Shown: one piece after another, positions 21,023 through 34,235 of the stretch
Numbering within the stretch: the first letter of the stretch is position 1
How the letters are laid out: every line of letters begins with the position of its first letter
The notes under the pieces: generated by a model
The model's database searches: none
What the model saw: only the letters and a program-made list of their open reading frames with translations
What the model was told of the DNA's origin: nothing
Position numbers and translations under genes: made by a program
From: Podarcis bocagei
Lineage: Eukaryota
Assembly (NCBI GenBank): GCA_964188305.1
Contig: OZ076892.1
Reading direction: 5' to 3' (one strand)
DNA length: 64,000 nucleotides

Positions 21023-24000
21023 GTAGGTCACGGTTATCCTTGTGCAATGTACTTAAGCTATAACTGCATGTGTAAGTAGAAAGAAAAATGGGGAAACCCA
21101 GAATGGTTATTATTCCAATTGAATTACATGGCTGAGTTTAGCCATTGTTAGGATTCACCCAAATTCATTCTCTACTGGCATTTAAAGCTATCTTTGACTT
21201 CATGTATTTCCAGGATGCAGTTATATTTAGGGAGCTATGTTTTGATTTCTTACTTTTTGCCTACAAAATATTTTGTGCAAATATTTTTTTATTTGCAAAT
21301 AAAGTTCAAGTAGCTTATCACAAACCCTAACTAGTTAGCACATAAAATAAAATTTCTACTCAGTAGACCACTAGAAATTAATGGTTCTCTGTTGGGTACG
21401 TTCATTAATCTGCTAATAAGTCAGTCACAGTTCTAGTATTTTTAGTTCCACTGAGTTTGATGGGTTTTCTAGAGTTTGGTATTGTGCTGCCCATATATCA
21501 AAACTAGAGAAGGTTGGTCTTTGTTTCAAATAACATGATTAATTGGGAAATCTGAGAAGAGGAATTGATTTGAAACCAATATAGTCTACATGGAGGAATA
21601 ACTCTAAATGTAGTTATGGGCTGTATTTTCCCTTGGCATCACATTGTCTGTGGTTTTGCTGCTTTGTTGTCAGCAGGTAAATCACCTGTAATCGTGCAGC
21701 ATTATCGGGGACTGCTTTGATAAGTGCACATTTAGAGAAGAAGGCACAATTTAGATAACCAAAGCTTTAAAGTTAAAACAAGATTTTGGTGTGATTAATA
21801 AAGTCACCCTGCTCGTAATTTATTAGAAGGCATGCCACAAAGGATATTTCAAATAATTTCAGAATGAGAGATGATGGTTATCAAGACTATTTTGAGCTTA
21901 TAAGCTTTTTACTGAACTCTATTATCGAGGAAGGGGCATAACACAAAGCAGATCAGAGCTTTCATAATGAGTACAAGAGCAATTAACTGTTCTTTCAGAA
22001 GACTAGCAAGCTTGAGAGAAAATAGTTAGCTCTGCCCCTTTCAGTGTTCCTGTCCTTCAGATTAACATCACTTAAAAGGGAATTACTTCAATCTAGAGAA
22101 CCTGTGAATGGAAGGGAAATGGCTCCACTGCTCCACAAATGCTTTCTGAAGAGTTAGAATCATAGAATTGTAGAGTTGGGAGGGACCACGAGGGTCCAAC
22201 CCCCTGCAATGCAGAATTCCCCCCCCCCAACATGGGACTGGAACCCACAACCCTGAGAGTAAGAGTCTCATGCTCTACCGACTGCAACAGTAAACTATTT
22301 TGGACCTTAAGCTGCCCTCTATGTTGTGACTGGAACCGGGGGCAAAGTCCACTGCATGTGTATCTCATCGCAGATTCCCCATAAGGCCCAGGAGCAAAAT
22401 GCTTTATCTATCTAGTGCTTGCCAATACCCCCACTGTGTCCTCAGTTGGCTTTGCCTGCCTGGAGTGTGTGTGTGGAATTCCCAACATGTGTGTGGCTGG
22501 AATGCAGCCTACTTTACAAATGCAATGGATGTGGCTTTTTTACACTAGCCCCATCCAGGTTGCCTGTGAGGGAATATGGCCCTCCGAAAAATATTGCCCA
22601 CTCGTTACAGAAGAAATATGCATATGCCCTAGATTTAAAGTGCAAGAGAAGGATAGAAAAAATGGCATAGATAGCTGCTTCTATATTTCCAGCAGAGGCC
22701 AGTAGTAACCGTCTGCACTTACTGCCCATTATGAAGGAGATATCAAAGTATGGCATTTTCTCTGTCTATCTACTTAGAAGATTTCAGAATTGTATGACTT
22801 AGCATCCCCACTTCATTCCCTTTCACCCCCATCCACAACCAGAGCCTTTTCTCAATTCACCCACAGATGTTTTGTCTCAACTGTCTTATTTCAGTTGTAA
22901 TTTCCCACAAATAGTTTCCCCCCCTTACTCTACCTGTTTAAATTATTAAATAAAAAAATAACTTTCTCCTCCCTGCTGTTTTCTTTCACTTTCCACCTCC
23001 ATTCTGAATTAGAACTGCAATATTTTCTGCCGTAGCAACATAACCGGCTGTTGTCCATTTGAGCTACCATGAAAAACTAGTGTAATCTTGATTAACATAG
23101 CAGATTCACCCTGTACAACACTAAGGTTGTTCTGAGTAGAAAGAATGAAATTAACATGACTCCACTTAGGTTTGCTAATTTCAGTGGGATTTACTCATTG
23201 AGTAAAAGGATTGAATATAGAACAACCCTTGGTTCTTTTTAACAGCATTATAATAGATAGGTTCAATACATTTCTGCCTGCATAAGAGTTTGCACAAGTG
23301 AGAAGAGCATTTTGGGATTTAGCTCACTTGTCTCACACAGTGCCCTAGCACAATGCCTTCTTTGTGCAAAATACCCCCTTTTTCTGCATCTTTTGATACA
23401 ACCCTTTTAAGAACCAGCTGGGTCAATTTAGTGCATTTTAGTGTAGATTTTGTTGTTTTATATTTTTTTGTGTACCATCTTGGGTGGATGTTTCTTTTGA
23501 AAGATAGGGTATAAATCAAATGAATACATTTTACATGTATTTTCCAGTGCCAGAACAATCCAAGAGAAATCAGTTTTCCCTCAGATTTCTTTTTGGAAAT
23601 CTGCTCTCTGTTTATGATACATAAACCGTACCCAACATCTGGAGTGGATACTACCATCCATTTCAAACATATTGGAGGCGCTGTTTTTGTTTTTTAAAGA
23701 TAAATATTTATTAGAACTATCTTCTGCAGGTGGAAAATTGTGGAAGAAACTTTCACTCATCGTTGGTGGAATCATTGGCATAACTCTGGGAATCTTCACT
23801 TCTGTTTATGTTGCGACACTACATGAAAATGATCTGTGGTTCTCCAACATCAAGGTAACAGAATGACTCTGATTGCATGATTGGTTTCCTAAGGCATTGT
23901 TCACATTGTGGCTTTTCAGACTTTTTCCTGCCGAGCTATTCACAACTACCATAGCATTACCTTTTTGTACATTGTTGATAATTTTACTCTCTCCCACATC

Positions 24001-27000
24001 AACCACTGTTCTTAACAGGTGTGTCTTGAGGACATACTGAGGTAGTAGAAAGCAGATAACAAGCTGAAAGTAGCAGCTATGTTGATGTGTTTTTTATTTG
24101 TTTATAATAAAGCATCCTGGATTGCTCAGACTGAATGGTGGTTGAACCATGAACTGTATATACACTGTTCTTTTTAATTGGATCTTACATTATTGAGGGA
24201 GGAAGGTTAAATCTTTAATTTCCCTTCAGAAAAGGGCCACTTCAGAAGTTTTTATTTTTCGTGGGTTCCCACGAAATACCACCAATAAAACAGAAACTGG
24301 AATGGACTAATTCACTATACCATATATTAAAATTGTGCCACCCTGTTAGATGTGACTTGGGCTTAAGCAAGGTTCTTAAGCAAGTTTCCAGTAGATTTTC
24401 CATTCTGATTACGGCAGGTTAGTATCATATACTGCAGTAGCAGAATTCATCATGTGGTACATTAAAGTAGTTTCATCTAATGATGTCATATTAATAGCAC
24501 CTATTTTATCTTTGACTCTATTAGGAAAAACTCAATTGCAATTTATTGTCAGCCCCTGCAAAATAAATCAGGGCTGGATGTGATAGAAAATCTGCCAAGA
24601 GAAGAATGAAAATTTCAGTCAATAACATGGTGCTATCAACACAGATTTTTTTCCATGAAGAGAAAATAAATGATTTATACAGGATAGAGGGTTTATTAGG
24701 AACACACCTTTTGCTTCTTCTGGGTCTTGCAAGTCTATAACATCTAAATATGAATTTCTTTGAGTCTTGGGCAAAAAAAAAATGTGTGCAATTCATTTAG
24801 GTCCTGTTCCCAAAGTCCTGGATAGGAAACTGAGGCACAGAAATAATGATTTAGTATAGTCAAGCTGAGAGTTGAACCCAATTTCCCATGCCATGATTCA
24901 GCTTTCCAGCAATAGAATTCATTATTTCTATTCCAGCAAAGTCTAATTTCAGTACATGGCTAGCTCTTGTATATAAATCCGTTGCTTTCTTCATTCATCA
25001 AAGCTGAATAAACACTCCAATCAGAGCAAATGGGCTTGAGGTTAACCAGCCAAGAGTTCTGTGTGTATTAACTGTGTTTGTTGACGGCATGCTGTGCAAC
25101 CTTGGTCACGTTAATGCAGTTATCTGTATTGAGCTTTCACTTTTATGCTTAAGAAGATTTGCTACGTAATTAATTGGATTTTATTTTTAAAAGCAATATT
25201 CTTTTATTTCTTTTTCTGGTGCAGTTTTGGTTTTTATTAAGCAAGCAAACAAAGAAAGCTGAAATACATTCTTGAGTGTATTACATTGGGTTCTTTTGAA
25301 AGACAGTATCAAGCTTTGTTTGATCTAGTTCCCAAACTCTTCACTGATGTGGGACCCCAGAGGCATTTTGTTGCAGCACAGGATTCAGTTGTTAGCCTTG
25401 TTCTCTGATTGGAAACCCATTGCCTTTCCAAGATTCTCTCATGTGCCTGAATTCTAGACAGTCACCCATAAGGCTTTGGGGCTCCAAAGATCACTGAAAA
25501 ACCAGAACCTTTTATAGATGTGAATGTGTTGGACATAAATAGAATATTAATTTTGGAAGTATATTTTTACATGACTCTGTTCAAAATACCTTGCAACTGA
25601 TCACCCTTATCTTCCACATAGAACCAAAGAATTGTAGAGTTGGAAGGGACCCAAAGGGTCATCTGGTCCAACCCCTGCAATGCAGGAATCACATATTTGT
25701 GCTGATGTGAGATTGAGTTGTGTTTATAGAGGGAGAAGAGTGCACAATAATGGGAGATGTTTAGCTCCTTGCCAGTTCAGCCTTTTGGAAAAGGTGAATC
25801 CCTAGTTGGAGTATATTGTAAAAGAATAAAAAGATATAAGGGACAAGAGACCCTCATATTATCATGACAAGGTCTATACAAAGCTTTTGTGTAGCAACAA
25901 AGCATTAAAGGTAAAGGGACCCCTGAAACCTCCCCCCTCTTACACATAGTCCTGCAGCATTCAAGTTTAGGCTTGGTTGCAAACCTTGCTGCACCCCCAG
26001 CTCCCAACTCTCCAGTACAGTGTGGGAAGGGGAAGTTTAACCACCCACCCTACTCTACACACACACACACACTCAAACCATGGTTAGTGGCTATCTCCTC
26101 CATCCTACCCCCACTACCACTATTTTCCTGACCCTGAGAGCTAGTTTAGGGGTAAAAGGTAGGTTAAGCACACATAATGTATTTTCACAGACCCACAAAT
26201 TGTTTCAGTCATACTCCTGAAAGAAGTATTTCGTAAGATCCCCCCCCCCCCCGTTTCTACAAATTTTTCTATTTCTGACCCTGGAGTGCAGGGTATTTAC
26301 TGTTTTCCTCTTCAGGCTTTCAGATTGCCACCAATTTTATTTCATACAGATGAGTTCTGTTTCTCAGGCTTTGCTGAGATAGAAACATATGCATGAGGGA
26401 ACATCAGGAGCTGGTTTGTGCATGTAGCTTCTTTACTTGATGAGTGCAGTAGCAATCAACATAATTCATGTGCAAAACATCCATCACACAGACATAACAC
26501 CACAGATAGAATATTCTTATTGATAAAAGGGATTGGCTTGTCACTACCATAGATAATAATAAAATATTCAGTAGGCATTTTGTAGTTTACCTCCTTTTCT
26601 TCCGTAATTCCTAAAGGGAATAATAATAATGGAGCAGGGCATGACTGCAAATATTTCTGTACTTGCAGCTGATCAGATATCTCTAGAATAATGCAGAATT
26701 CACTTTTAATTGCTATATAAGCATCAGGAGTTTCGGCAAAGCACCATGGGGTTCATAGAGTCAAGACTTCATAAAAACAAATTACATATATATAGAATGT
26801 GTATAGTAGTATTATCTAAATATTAGCCTTGAAATTTCAGCCCATAGCTCTTGCCGCTTTTATTGACATTTGAGACTCTAGGAGAAGTATGAATCGCTCT
26901 AAAATTGGAAATGTGTTGTGAATGAGGAAAGCAGATGTTATCTTCGTATGAAACAGATGTAAAGCAGTAGTGTTTACCTCGTAAAGTATGGCATTTGGTT

Positions 27001-30000
27001 GAATACAGCTGGTGCCAGGCTTAAAGATTAATCACGTTTGATACAGTCTTGCTAATTAGATCCCTTTCAGTGCCCAGCCCTCCAGAATCAATTCCAAAAT
27101 GTTTCAGAGCTTTCAAGTTTTAATACTTTCTGTAGTTGTGGGACTGCCATAAGAACTTGAGTCATATTACTCTGTCATTGTGAACTGATTAAACAGAGGT
27201 TGCAACTTTCAGTATTTCAGGTAATTTAGTGAACACCCACTGTTACCCACATCTTTCAGCACACTACATAGCATACCCAGTCATGTAAAGTTGACATGTA
27301 TTTAATCTGTCATTTTAGTTCATAAGTGTTGATTTTATTTATATTCTGTTTTTTAAAAAATTGTTTTTGACTTTTATTGATAATTTTAATGTATACCTTA
27401 TATCTCTGTAAACTTCTTCGGGGTTTTAATTAAAATTAAGAGGCATACACATTCTGTTAAATAAAAACAAGGTAAGTAATGTTTAAAAGGGTTGCAGTGT
27501 GAACCACCTGTCATTTTCTCTTTCTCCATTGGTTTGTCTTGGGATTAATATTGTTTTGGATAATAAGAATATGACTGTGCTTTAATAGTAAGTTAAGACC
27601 AGGGGTCAGCAGACTTTTTCAGCAGGGGGCCAATCCACTGTCCCTCAGACCTGGAGGGGGCTGGACTATATTTTTTTTGGGGGGGGGGAGATGAACAAAT
27701 TCCTATGCCCCACAAATAACCCAGAGATGCATTTTAAATAAAAGGACACATTCTACTCATGTAAAAACACACTGATTTCTTTACCGTCCGTGGGCCGGAT
27801 TTAGAAGGCGATTGGGCCGGATCTGGCCCCCGGGCCTTAGTTTGCCTACCCATGGTTAAGACCATTTCAATCCAGCCTTTCAGTGCAGTAACAGTGATTG
27901 GGTTGACTAAGAACAAAGTTTTGAAGCTGCAGAATGAGGCATAGAAGCCAACACTATAATTTTAACAGTAAAAACAATAAAATAGAAACAGGTAAAAAGT
28001 GCTTAAAAACAAGGGGTAGCAGTCCATAAAAGCCCCTCAGACTAGGATAACAAATGCTTGCTGGAATAAAAACAGTTTAGCTAGAAAGTGGGAAGACAAA
28101 AAATGGTGATTGAGACAGTTGCTAGCTGCAAAGAAGTATAAAAGCATTGAAGACAGTTTTCACAAAGTTTCAAGCCTGTATTCCTAGATTTGGGTTAAAA
28201 AAAACAAAACAAAACAAAAAAAACCCTGGGAGTTTTAAATTGACTAGTGACAGTTCTAAGAACACATCTGCTCACAGTGAGTCTGTTGGTAAAATAAATA
28301 AATAAATAAATAAATCCTTGGCAGCTGACCTAGGCTGATACACAGAAGTAATATCTAGGAAATCATGTTACTTCAGTTTTTCCTTGTGATTTTTGCAGAT
28401 ACTTTGGCTATCCAAAATGAAATGGAGGTTTCAGCTGCCTTTCATGTCTTTATTAGTTTACTTTTTGGACTAGAGCCATAGTTTTCTGGTAGATTTGGAC
28501 CTTGGAGATCTCTGGACATAAATCTCTGGTGTGCCACCAACTCATCAAAATGTCCTTGACTAATCCCAACCTCACTTCCCTTTGGTTAACGTAGGAAGGA
28601 TAGTGATCTATTGCATGGTATTGTTGCACTGAGGAATGAGGTGAGGATTAGAGAGCAGTTTTCCTCTATCTCATAAACTGCTATTGTTGCTGATCTTAAC
28701 TATGTTACACTAATTTTATTAAACAGGTCAGAGGCAAGCGATAGTAAGACAGGCATCAGGTTAAGTTTATTCTTGATCTTAACTGGCATGTTTCCTTCCA
28801 GGAGGTAGAGCGGGAGATTTCATTCAGGACAGAATGTGGCCTGTATTACTCTTATTACAAGCAGATGCTACAAGCTCCATCCATTCAACTAGGTATTGTA
28901 ACTTTTATTTTCTGAACTGGATAAAGTACAAATGGCTCTCAGAAGCACTACTCTTCTGTGTTTTTAAAGAGAATGCTGGATTATCAACTTCCATCTTCTG
29001 TTTGTCGGTGGCTTTTTATATAAATCCCAGGAACACAAACCAATTGTTAGTGGCAGAAGTGCTTGTCATACCTGGAGGTGCCTATTGTTGCTAGATAGCA
29101 TAGAATTTTAGGTATTACCTATATCAATGGAAGCATTACTTTCATCTTAAACTATATGGTTCAGATGATACTGATTTCTAAAAAGTAGACCCAGAGCCCC
29201 AGAGCACTCCATTTGCAATAAAAGCAGCACTATTTATTAGATTACTTTCCATGAATCTACTCCTGGGCACACTTAAGTGGTAAGCTCCGTTGAACACAGT
29301 AGAACCTACTTCTTGGGATACACTGTCATATGTGGCTCCTAAAGAGGGGGTATTCTAACTCAAAAATAAGTGATGCAAATTGACTTACTTTCCTTAGACT
29401 TTCTCAAAGCATGTGCATTTTGACTGGTATCACCCACCAACCAGATCTAGTTCCTTGTAAGAAGCCAAATGACTTTAACAGTAGCAGAGCATATTTAATG
29501 AGTAGCATTCTAGTGTCTAACTTTAAATTCTCTCGCAGAAGACGTTTACATTTTAATGGCTTTTAAATGCAGGTGTGCCTTCATTTTATTTTCTTCTTTC
29601 TACAGGTTTACATCGCTTGATGTTTGACAATAAAACTGAGTCCATGAGGACAATTAACATACTTGAAAGAATGAATGTTTACCAAGAAGTCTTTCTCAGC
29701 ATTCTGTATAGGGTTTTTCATATGAATGTGAGTGTTTAATTATAAGTCCCTGATAAATGCACAAGCATCTTGCCCAAGTCAGTACAGTGACAAGTTTTGT
29801 GGAAATTCGTCTTTACCCGGGCATTAAGTCCCATTAAGTTTAATGTGATTTACTCTAGGAATTGTGTGTAAGGACCTAAGAAAAGCCCTGCTGGGGCAGG
29901 CCAAAGCACCTTGTTCTCACTGTGCCAAACAGATTCCTGTAGAAAACCAGCAAGCTGATCATGATCACAGCAGCTCTCTCCCACTCATGATCCTGAGCAA

Positions 30001-33000
30001 CTGGTGTTCAAAGGCATACTGCCTATGACCCTGACAGAAATGGATGCCATCATGACTAGTCCTAGTCAGAACAGGCCCATTCAAATTAATAAACCCAATT
30101 TAGAGACATTCAATGGATCTTCTCTGAGCAGGATTGTATTGGCTACCACCCTAAAGTTAAACTGTGTTGTGCAAAGAAGCTTTATAGTAGAATCCTATAT
30201 AGGTCCTATATTTCAATGGTACCTACTTCCTGAGAGCCAGTGTGGTGCAGTGGTTAAGAGCGGTAGACTCGTAATCTGGTGAACCGGGTTCGCGTCTCTG
30301 CTCCTCCACATGCAGCTGCTGGGTGACCTTGGGCTAGTCACACTTCTTTGAAGTCTCTCAACCCCACTCACCTCACAGAGTGTTTGCTGTGGGGGAGGAA
30401 GGGAAAGGAGAATGTTAGCCGCTTTGAGACTCCTTCGGGTAGTGATAAAGCGGGATATCAAATCCAAACTCCTACTCCTCCTCTTCTTCTTCTTCTTCTA
30501 AGTATGCATAAGATTGCAATCTCATTTTACAAACATTCTTATGATCGGAATTGTTGGCTTCATGCTAAGACAAGTACTATTTGTTTAATGGTTTCCTGTG
30601 TTCTTCCTTCACAGAATTTTTTTGAACCTGTTTATTTTTACATCTACACATTGTTTAGCCTTCAGGCAGTCTATGTTGCTGCTCTGTATGTGACCAGCTG
30701 GCTTCTCAGTGGAACTTGGCTTTCAGGTGTATTAGCAGCCTTCTGGTATATCACAAACAGGTGAGGATACTTCTGCAAATCCTCCTCTGAAATAATCCAA
30801 TATTTGCCATGCTATAGAAAAGAATATATTCATTTCTTCAAGTTAGATTGCTATATATTTTGGAAAGTGGTTTGCCTTCTCGCTGTGCATTTAGACACCT
30901 CTTAGGACATCATAACCAAGTTTCACATGATGGTTCCTGAGATCAAGGAGCAGTTTTTTTTTGTCTATGCTTCGATGGACTCTGTTTTGAATCACGATAG
31001 TAGACTAAGCCTTTCAAAACAGATTTTTTTTCTTTTTTGTTTAGAATTCCTGAGCAACACAGCTGCTAGTTTTTTATGGGCAGATAAGTGTTGCACTAGC
31101 AAAGGAATGTTGGTTTTAGCTCAAGAGTTTCCTTTGTATGTGAATCTATTCCAGGGTTCCTCAGAATGGGACACATAATTTAGAAAAGATATGAGGGAGG
31201 GAGAATACATGGGAATAGAATGAGGTAGGTAGCGAAAACATAGTACAGAAAGGATTTGAAGCTCTGGAGGCTCTGTATAAAAAAGAGCCTTTTCTAGTTT
31301 AGAATAACCCTAAGGGGAAAAACTTCCTATTGTGTAGAAATGTTGAAAACTGGGCTGTCGACCACTTATAGGTGCTTTAGTGCTGCTAAACATTTATTTT
31401 GTGCCATTAGTGTCTAGACAGTGTGTGGAGCACAACATGAAACAGTCAATAAGCTGTCAATTAACTGGTTTTTAATATATTAATAAAAATAATTGCCGCA
31501 ATATTTCACTGCAGAACATACTTCGAAGATGCTCAATGAAGCTGGCTGTATTTCCTTGACTAAACAGCGTGTGCCAATAATTCTTTTTTCTTTTTTTAAT
31601 TTTACAAGTCTTTGGCATTTGCACATTGCTGCTCTAGATTTAGGTGATCTATAACAACACATCCTGTTAACAGGGTCCCTCTCTGATTGAAATCAGATTT
31701 GATCAGTTTACTTGTAATGCAGTAATTGAATTAGCCCGAATGCTTTCTGCCATATTTGAAAATAGTGAAGTAATAGTCGATGTCCATTTTCAATGTTGAG
31801 ATTTGCATCTTTGTAGAGGACTTGCCCATTGTTGCTTATATGAACCTTTTGCTTTTGTTTTCTGCAGAACAGATACCACCCGGGTGGAATTCACCATTCC
31901 GTTAAGAGAGAACTGGGCACTGCCATTCTTTGCTGTTCAGATAGCAGCAATTACATTCCTCTTCAGATCTCATTTGCGACCCACTCATGAAGTGAGCCTT
32001 TTTTAAAAGCACAAAAAAGTTTTCTCTTTAAAATGTAATGATAAATGTTTCTAAAATAGCCAAGGTAATGCTGGCAGAAAATATATACCAGAAAATATTA
32101 TTGCTGTTCTTCCATAGTTAAATGTAAAAATCTTTGATTGAATGCAGATGCTCCAATCCAGCTCAGAGCCACATTACTCACAGAACCAGGCCTCTGTGTT
32201 GTATCCTTAGTTGCGTGGGGAATTGCATGTGAAAATGCCTCCTGAGCACCCTATTCCACAACCTGATGCTGTAGGCATAGAGACCTTATAAAAAAGCAGC
32301 AGCCTTGTTGGCTAGGTTATTCGGGAGAAAAAGGCGGTTTGGATTCTATCCTCCCATTCCCCCTTTTCACTAGGATGATGGTGGTGATCTTTTTTGTTAA
32401 AAAAAGGGTTTATTGCTGCATGTGTGCTCTGTTGGTTCAGAGCCAACGAGTGTACTTTGAGATATGTCTACTTTGGAGTAGGGTTCTAAGATGGCGTCAT
32501 TTTCCATTCTGCCCCTGTATTCTTCACATGAAGCACTATTTCCCGTTGCAGTTTGTCTTTTGCCCAAATCTATGTCATTCATTTAGCTCTGTGGCAAAAT
32601 TACATAATTTGCGTAATTAATTAAATAAACTATGGAAATTACGTTGCCATGATGTTATTCCAACCCATTCATTTCACTGCAAAGATAATTTAGGGTAAAG
32701 GAGGGGGACGTAATATCATTTGCAGGCTGAAAGCAACTGAATGAACGGATTTTTATTCTGGACATGGGACAAATAAGTGACCGCCAACAATTTCCATTCC
32801 TGCTTCTGTTTTTGTCAGAATGCTGCAACATCCCTATGTTTGTAAATAGATGCATGGTATTTTGAAATTATATATGGATGATGTATTTTATTTATTTTGT
32901 AACAGTCTGATTTTGGGGAATAGTTTTTGTTTAAAGCTGTTTGATACATTGAAATGGCCAGTAATCACTTTCCCTTTTTTCCACTACGATCTTTCCTCAT

Positions 33001-34179
33001 GTATCTCATTTAGCTTATGTTTTTGTTTTTCCAGAGGCTGACACTTCTGGCAGTATTTATTTCAACCTTCCTCTTCAGCTTGGCTTGGCAGTTTAATCAG
33101 TTTATGTTGTTGATCCAGGCATTGGTTTTGTTCACACTTGACTGTCTTGACTTGCTTCCTAGAGGAAAGGTAAGCTAATTGCTTAATGTGCCGCCATTGA
33201 AATAATGGAAAACAGTCACGTTTAGGTGTGCTTGATTGTATGCAGTGTTGCGGCCACTGTGTGTGATTGCAAAGTTTGGAAGTCTTGTCTTCATTATGAG
33301 GAACTCTGATGAAATAATACTGCGCTTGGTGCAAAGTAAACTTGGTTATGTATGTATGTTTAGGATGGAATGTCCTGTTTTTCATATTTTTCAACTGAAT
33401 ACTAGAATCTTGACTTTCAAAGTGCCATAAAAATCTTAACTTGGCATTGAGATATGGGAGTAGTAGAACTGTGTATCTTAAAGTACTTAACAACAATGTA
33501 AATCAATGTCATGCTTTTTGGGTTGTTTTATTTATATTTTAACAAACAACCCCACAAAGATCTGCAGGCAAGCTCAGTTTTCTTGGTGGGTATTCTGCCC
33601 TCTCTGTCTTCTGGTGCCATTTTCTTTATTACAGTAGGGACTGATGTGAGCATTGTGCAAGTTAGATAATAATTAAAAAAAATGAAGCTGTGGCATGAAC
33701 AATTTCTTATCATTATGTTTGTAGGTGACCTGGATCTACATAATACAGGTGGCTAGTTTGCTGCTTGTTTGCCTCCTACAGTTCTTTAATTCCATGATAG
33801 TGGGATCATTACTTATAAGCTTTAATTTGTCCACTTTGTTAGCAAGAAAACTCCAGGTATGTATTTATCATGGTTTATCATTTATCATTAGTTTATTTTT
33901 TAAAAATAACAAATAGGGTAAGCTGAAAATTTGTGTGCTTTGCTACTTGGGTAATCTTCATAAAATTACACATGGTTAAACGCCTGCCACCTTTGATTAG
34001 CTGTGTTAGATATTAGGGACCATGACTCTTAAAGAGCAAGTCATGATCTCTACATCATTATAGGGAAATAGCCATGGTCAGATTGAAAGCAGAGTTGCTG
34101 ATCAAACAGTATTGGGACTGGAACTCCTTAGTCCTGCTGTCTTCATGCATAATGAGCCCATGATATGCTTTATGGTCAG

Positions 34180-34235
<56 letters not shown>

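Noticed and set aside
22220-22284. tRNA-Lys-like sequence (also tRNA-like heads at 30232 and in the Squam2-like copies)
   Set aside because: Degenerate SINE heads fused to LINE-derived tails; no intact cloverleaf, so not tRNA genes.
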